Shown piece by piece: positions 61,240 through 64,000 of a DNA stretch of 64,000 nucleotides. Origin of the DNA: Hemiscyllium ocellatum (lineage: Eukaryota); NCBI RefSeq assembly GCF_020745735.1, contig NC_083449.1, positions 5,678,923 to 5,742,922 on the forward strand, written 5' to 3'. Below the pieces are notes generated by a model. It made no database searches and had not been told where the DNA came from. It saw only the letters and a program-made list of their open reading frames with translations. The position numbers and the translations under genes are program-made. Position 1 is the first letter of the stretch; each line of letters starts with the position of its first letter.

Positions 61240-62200
61240 TTATTCACAGAACACAAACTGACAGGTACAGATACCTTCAGGTACAGATACACTCATCCAT
61301 CCATATAGTTGAAGCTGTCAGAAATAGACTGATGATTGCACAAACACATTGGCATTGCAGGAACTGTCAGGTACAGATTGAATCTGCACTCAAACATTCA
61401 TATTATAGAAACTGACAGGTAACACACCCACATTCCCAGAGCAGAATCTCGTGGGTATATATTGATAATTACATTTTTACATTCACCTAGAACCTAATGA
61501 GGCAGATTGATAACTAACATTACATTGACATAGCAAAAGCTGACCGGTAATGCCATTCTCATATTCACACAGCAGAATCTGACAGGGGCAGATAGATAAT
61601 TGGACTGTCATCTTCACATCATAGAAACTGACAGGGAGAGCTAGATAACTAGACAGTCATATTCAAATTTCAGAAACTGATGGACAGATCAATAACTACA
61701 CTTCCATATTCTCAGATCAGAAACTGACAGGTACAAATGGGTAGGCAAAGGTGTGGACTGCAGATGCTGGAGATTAGAGTCAGGAGTGTGGTGCTGGAAA
61801 AGCACAGCAGGTCAGGAAGCATCCAAGGAGCAGAAGAATTGACGTTTTGTTTAAAAGCCCTTCATCAGTACAGATGGATAACTACACCAATACATTCACA
61901 TCAAAGAAACTGACAGGAAAAGAATGATAACTAAACTCATGCATTCCTGTCGCTGAAAGCAACAGGTACATTTCAATATGGACCCCCACATGTTCACTTC
62001 GCAGAAGATGGCAGGTTGACATTGATAACTACGTTCAACGTTTTAACAATGCAGAAACTGATATAGACGATTGATTTAACTATCCCATTTACAGACCAGA
62101 AACTGCCATATTCACACAATAGAAACCTACGGGGAGAGGGCGATACCTGTACTCACATATTCAAATAGCAGAAGCTTAGAGCTGCAGATTGATATATAAG
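61240..62200. repeat. ~49-bp minisatellite array
   Basis: Paralog of 39340-40460. Confidence 0.82.
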
Positions 62201-63428
62201 CTCTCATTGTACTTATAAAATGTTTGGGTATATTCGCATTGGAGTATTGAAGAACAATGTTTGATCTATAGAGCAAAAAAAATGATCTGAATGGAGTTGA
62301 CAGAGTTGATGCTGGGAATATGTCAATGCTGATGAGAGAATCCCGAGTAAGGGACACAGTTTTGAACAGGAAGCCTTCTGTCTAAGAAAGCAATGCAGAA
62401 CATTCTCCCCTTGTTCTGTTCCACAGAGAGCAGTTAGGGTTGAGTTATCAGCTTAATGTATGCTCATGTAGCCATATATCATTTTTGATACATAAGGGAG
62501 TCTTTGGCTATGGGCACTAAACATCAAAATGAGATGAAGACCATAACTAAAGCCTTGGTGATCTGTTGGAGCCTTGCTCCTTGCATCTGAGGAGCAGGAG
62601 AATCGTTGTTTTAAGCATAAACCCTTCATCTCGACGTTTTGGGCATAAGCCTGTGATCCTCAGCATCTGCAGTTCTCACTGTGCCCTGGGGGCACAGATT
62701 GGGGGAATATTTCCAAGTGACTGGTAAATAGTGTAACGTTTTACCGCTCACATCAGTGTTTGATGGTTACAGAATAAAACCTGTCTTGAAATAACACTGC
62801 CTATTAGATGGAGGACCAGAGCGTCATTGGACAAGTGTTGAGTTAATGCAAAATGTGTAAATTAGGACATGACAGATATAAAGTTAAAGTGACACTCACA
62901 TATATATATGCTGACAGTTGCTAGTTAACAGGCATTCGCGTAAAACTGAGAAATGTTATAAATCCCTGCATGAAACTGCAAGGCGCCTAATTGAAAAGTG
63001 CAGCAACGTGGTTCAGTTACACTGCAGGTACTTTCAAAGCACCCAGTTATCTATACGTCTCTGGGCCCAAAATTATCAGTCAAGGTCTCAGAAATATATT
63101 CATCCCACATTCAAGACGTGACTCTACTCGTGATTCAAGAAAAGTATCACATCGAAACTTTTTCTTATTATTTCTCTTCAACAAATCTCCCTCAGTCAGA
63201 CTGACAGGAACAGAATCACCATCCACTTCACATTTCGTTGCAGATCCACATTGGATCTCACACTAACCAATCAGAGAGACTCCATGTTTTGGATTGACTC
63301 TGTGCAAACTACCCAATCAGGAGCAAGCCTTTCCCCATCCCTCATTAGCATTGCTGACGCCGTCAGTCTATAAAGAGGGAACTCCGAGCCCGCTTTCCCT
63401 TATTCTATGTCTGAAATTAATCAGGACG

Positions 63429-63809
63429 ATGGCTGATGAGAAGAAAGCCCAGCAAGCTTCCAAGAAGGGCGCGAAGAAAATTATCAAGAAGGCGCCAGCG
63501 AAGGGCGGCAGGAAGAGGAAGCGGTCCAGGAAAGAAAGTTACTCCATCTACATCTACAAAGTGATGAAGCAGGTTCACCCCGACACCGGCATCTCCTCCA
63601 AGGCCATGAGCATCATGAACTCGTTCGTCAACGATATTTTCGAGCGTATCGCGGGGGAGGCTTCCCGCCTGGCCCATTACAACAAGCGCAGCACCATCAG
63701 CTCCCGGGAGATCCAGACCGCCGTGCGGCTGCTGCTGCCCGGGGAGCTGGCCAAGCACGCCGTGTCGGAGGGTACAAAGGCGGTGACCAAGTACACCAGC
63801 TCCAAGTGA
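63429..63809 (+). CDS. H2B: Histone H2B (126 aa), protein identical to 42759-43139
   Basis: Same translation as the first H2B, with 7 synonymous differences counted by eye. Confidence 0.99.
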   Translation: MADEKKAQQASKKGAKKIIKKAPAKGGRKRKRSRKESYSIYIYKVMKQVHPDTGISSKAMSIMNSFVNDIFERIAGEASRLAHYNKRSTISSREIQTAVRLLLPGELAKHAVSEGTKAVTKYTSSK

Positions 63810-63848
63810 AGGACCGCGCTGCATTGAAACACACATCCACAACCCAAA

Positions 63849-63890
63849 GGCTCTTATAAGAGCCACCCACAACATCCCTGAGGCAGCTGA
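63849..63890 (+). terminator. Histone 3' stem-loop and HDE
   Basis: GGCTCT-TATA-AGAGCC-accca, followed by TGAGGCAGCTG. Confidence 0.92.
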
Positions 63891-64000
63891 ACCATTTGTT
63901 TTAGCTTCCATGTGATTGTTGATAAGGCGTTTCAACTTCTAGATCTACATGTTGTTGTGTTAATAAGTACTTCGCAAATTATTCGGGAGTGGGGTGGAAG

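Overview
Eukaryotic genomic DNA, very probably from a shark or other cartilaginous fish (HE1/V-SINE-type SINEs, CR1 LINEs and an MADEKK- type H2B N-terminus). The window is part of a dispersed, transposon-rich replication-dependent histone cluster. It holds four intact intronless genes, all on +: H4 (18338-18649), H2B (42759-43139), H2A (47645-48034) and a second H2B (63429-63809), each with a 3' stem-loop and a downstream element. The left end carries a decayed HERV-I-like class I ERV env with its 3' LTR and two pseudogenised FcR-like Ig exons. The spacers are a patchwork of direct and inverted segmental duplications containing CR1, Gypsy remnants, one full-length L1 with an intact ORF2, SINEs and a ~49-bp minisatellite. 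The two most unusual signals are: (1) a size-graded series (about 0.13 to 3.4 kb) of fold-back Penelope-like insertions, each flanked by a 14-16 bp target-site duplication, together with minimal hammerhead ribozymes from three Penelope families whose helix III is reduced to a 4-nt palindrome; and (2) an unnamed repeated, apparently spliced module interleaved with the histone genes, made of an NRF1-site first exon (2 copies) and an ~82-nt exon whose splice signals are kept in 5 diverged copies. All alignments were done by eye, and repeat boundaries are approximate unless a TSD is quoted.
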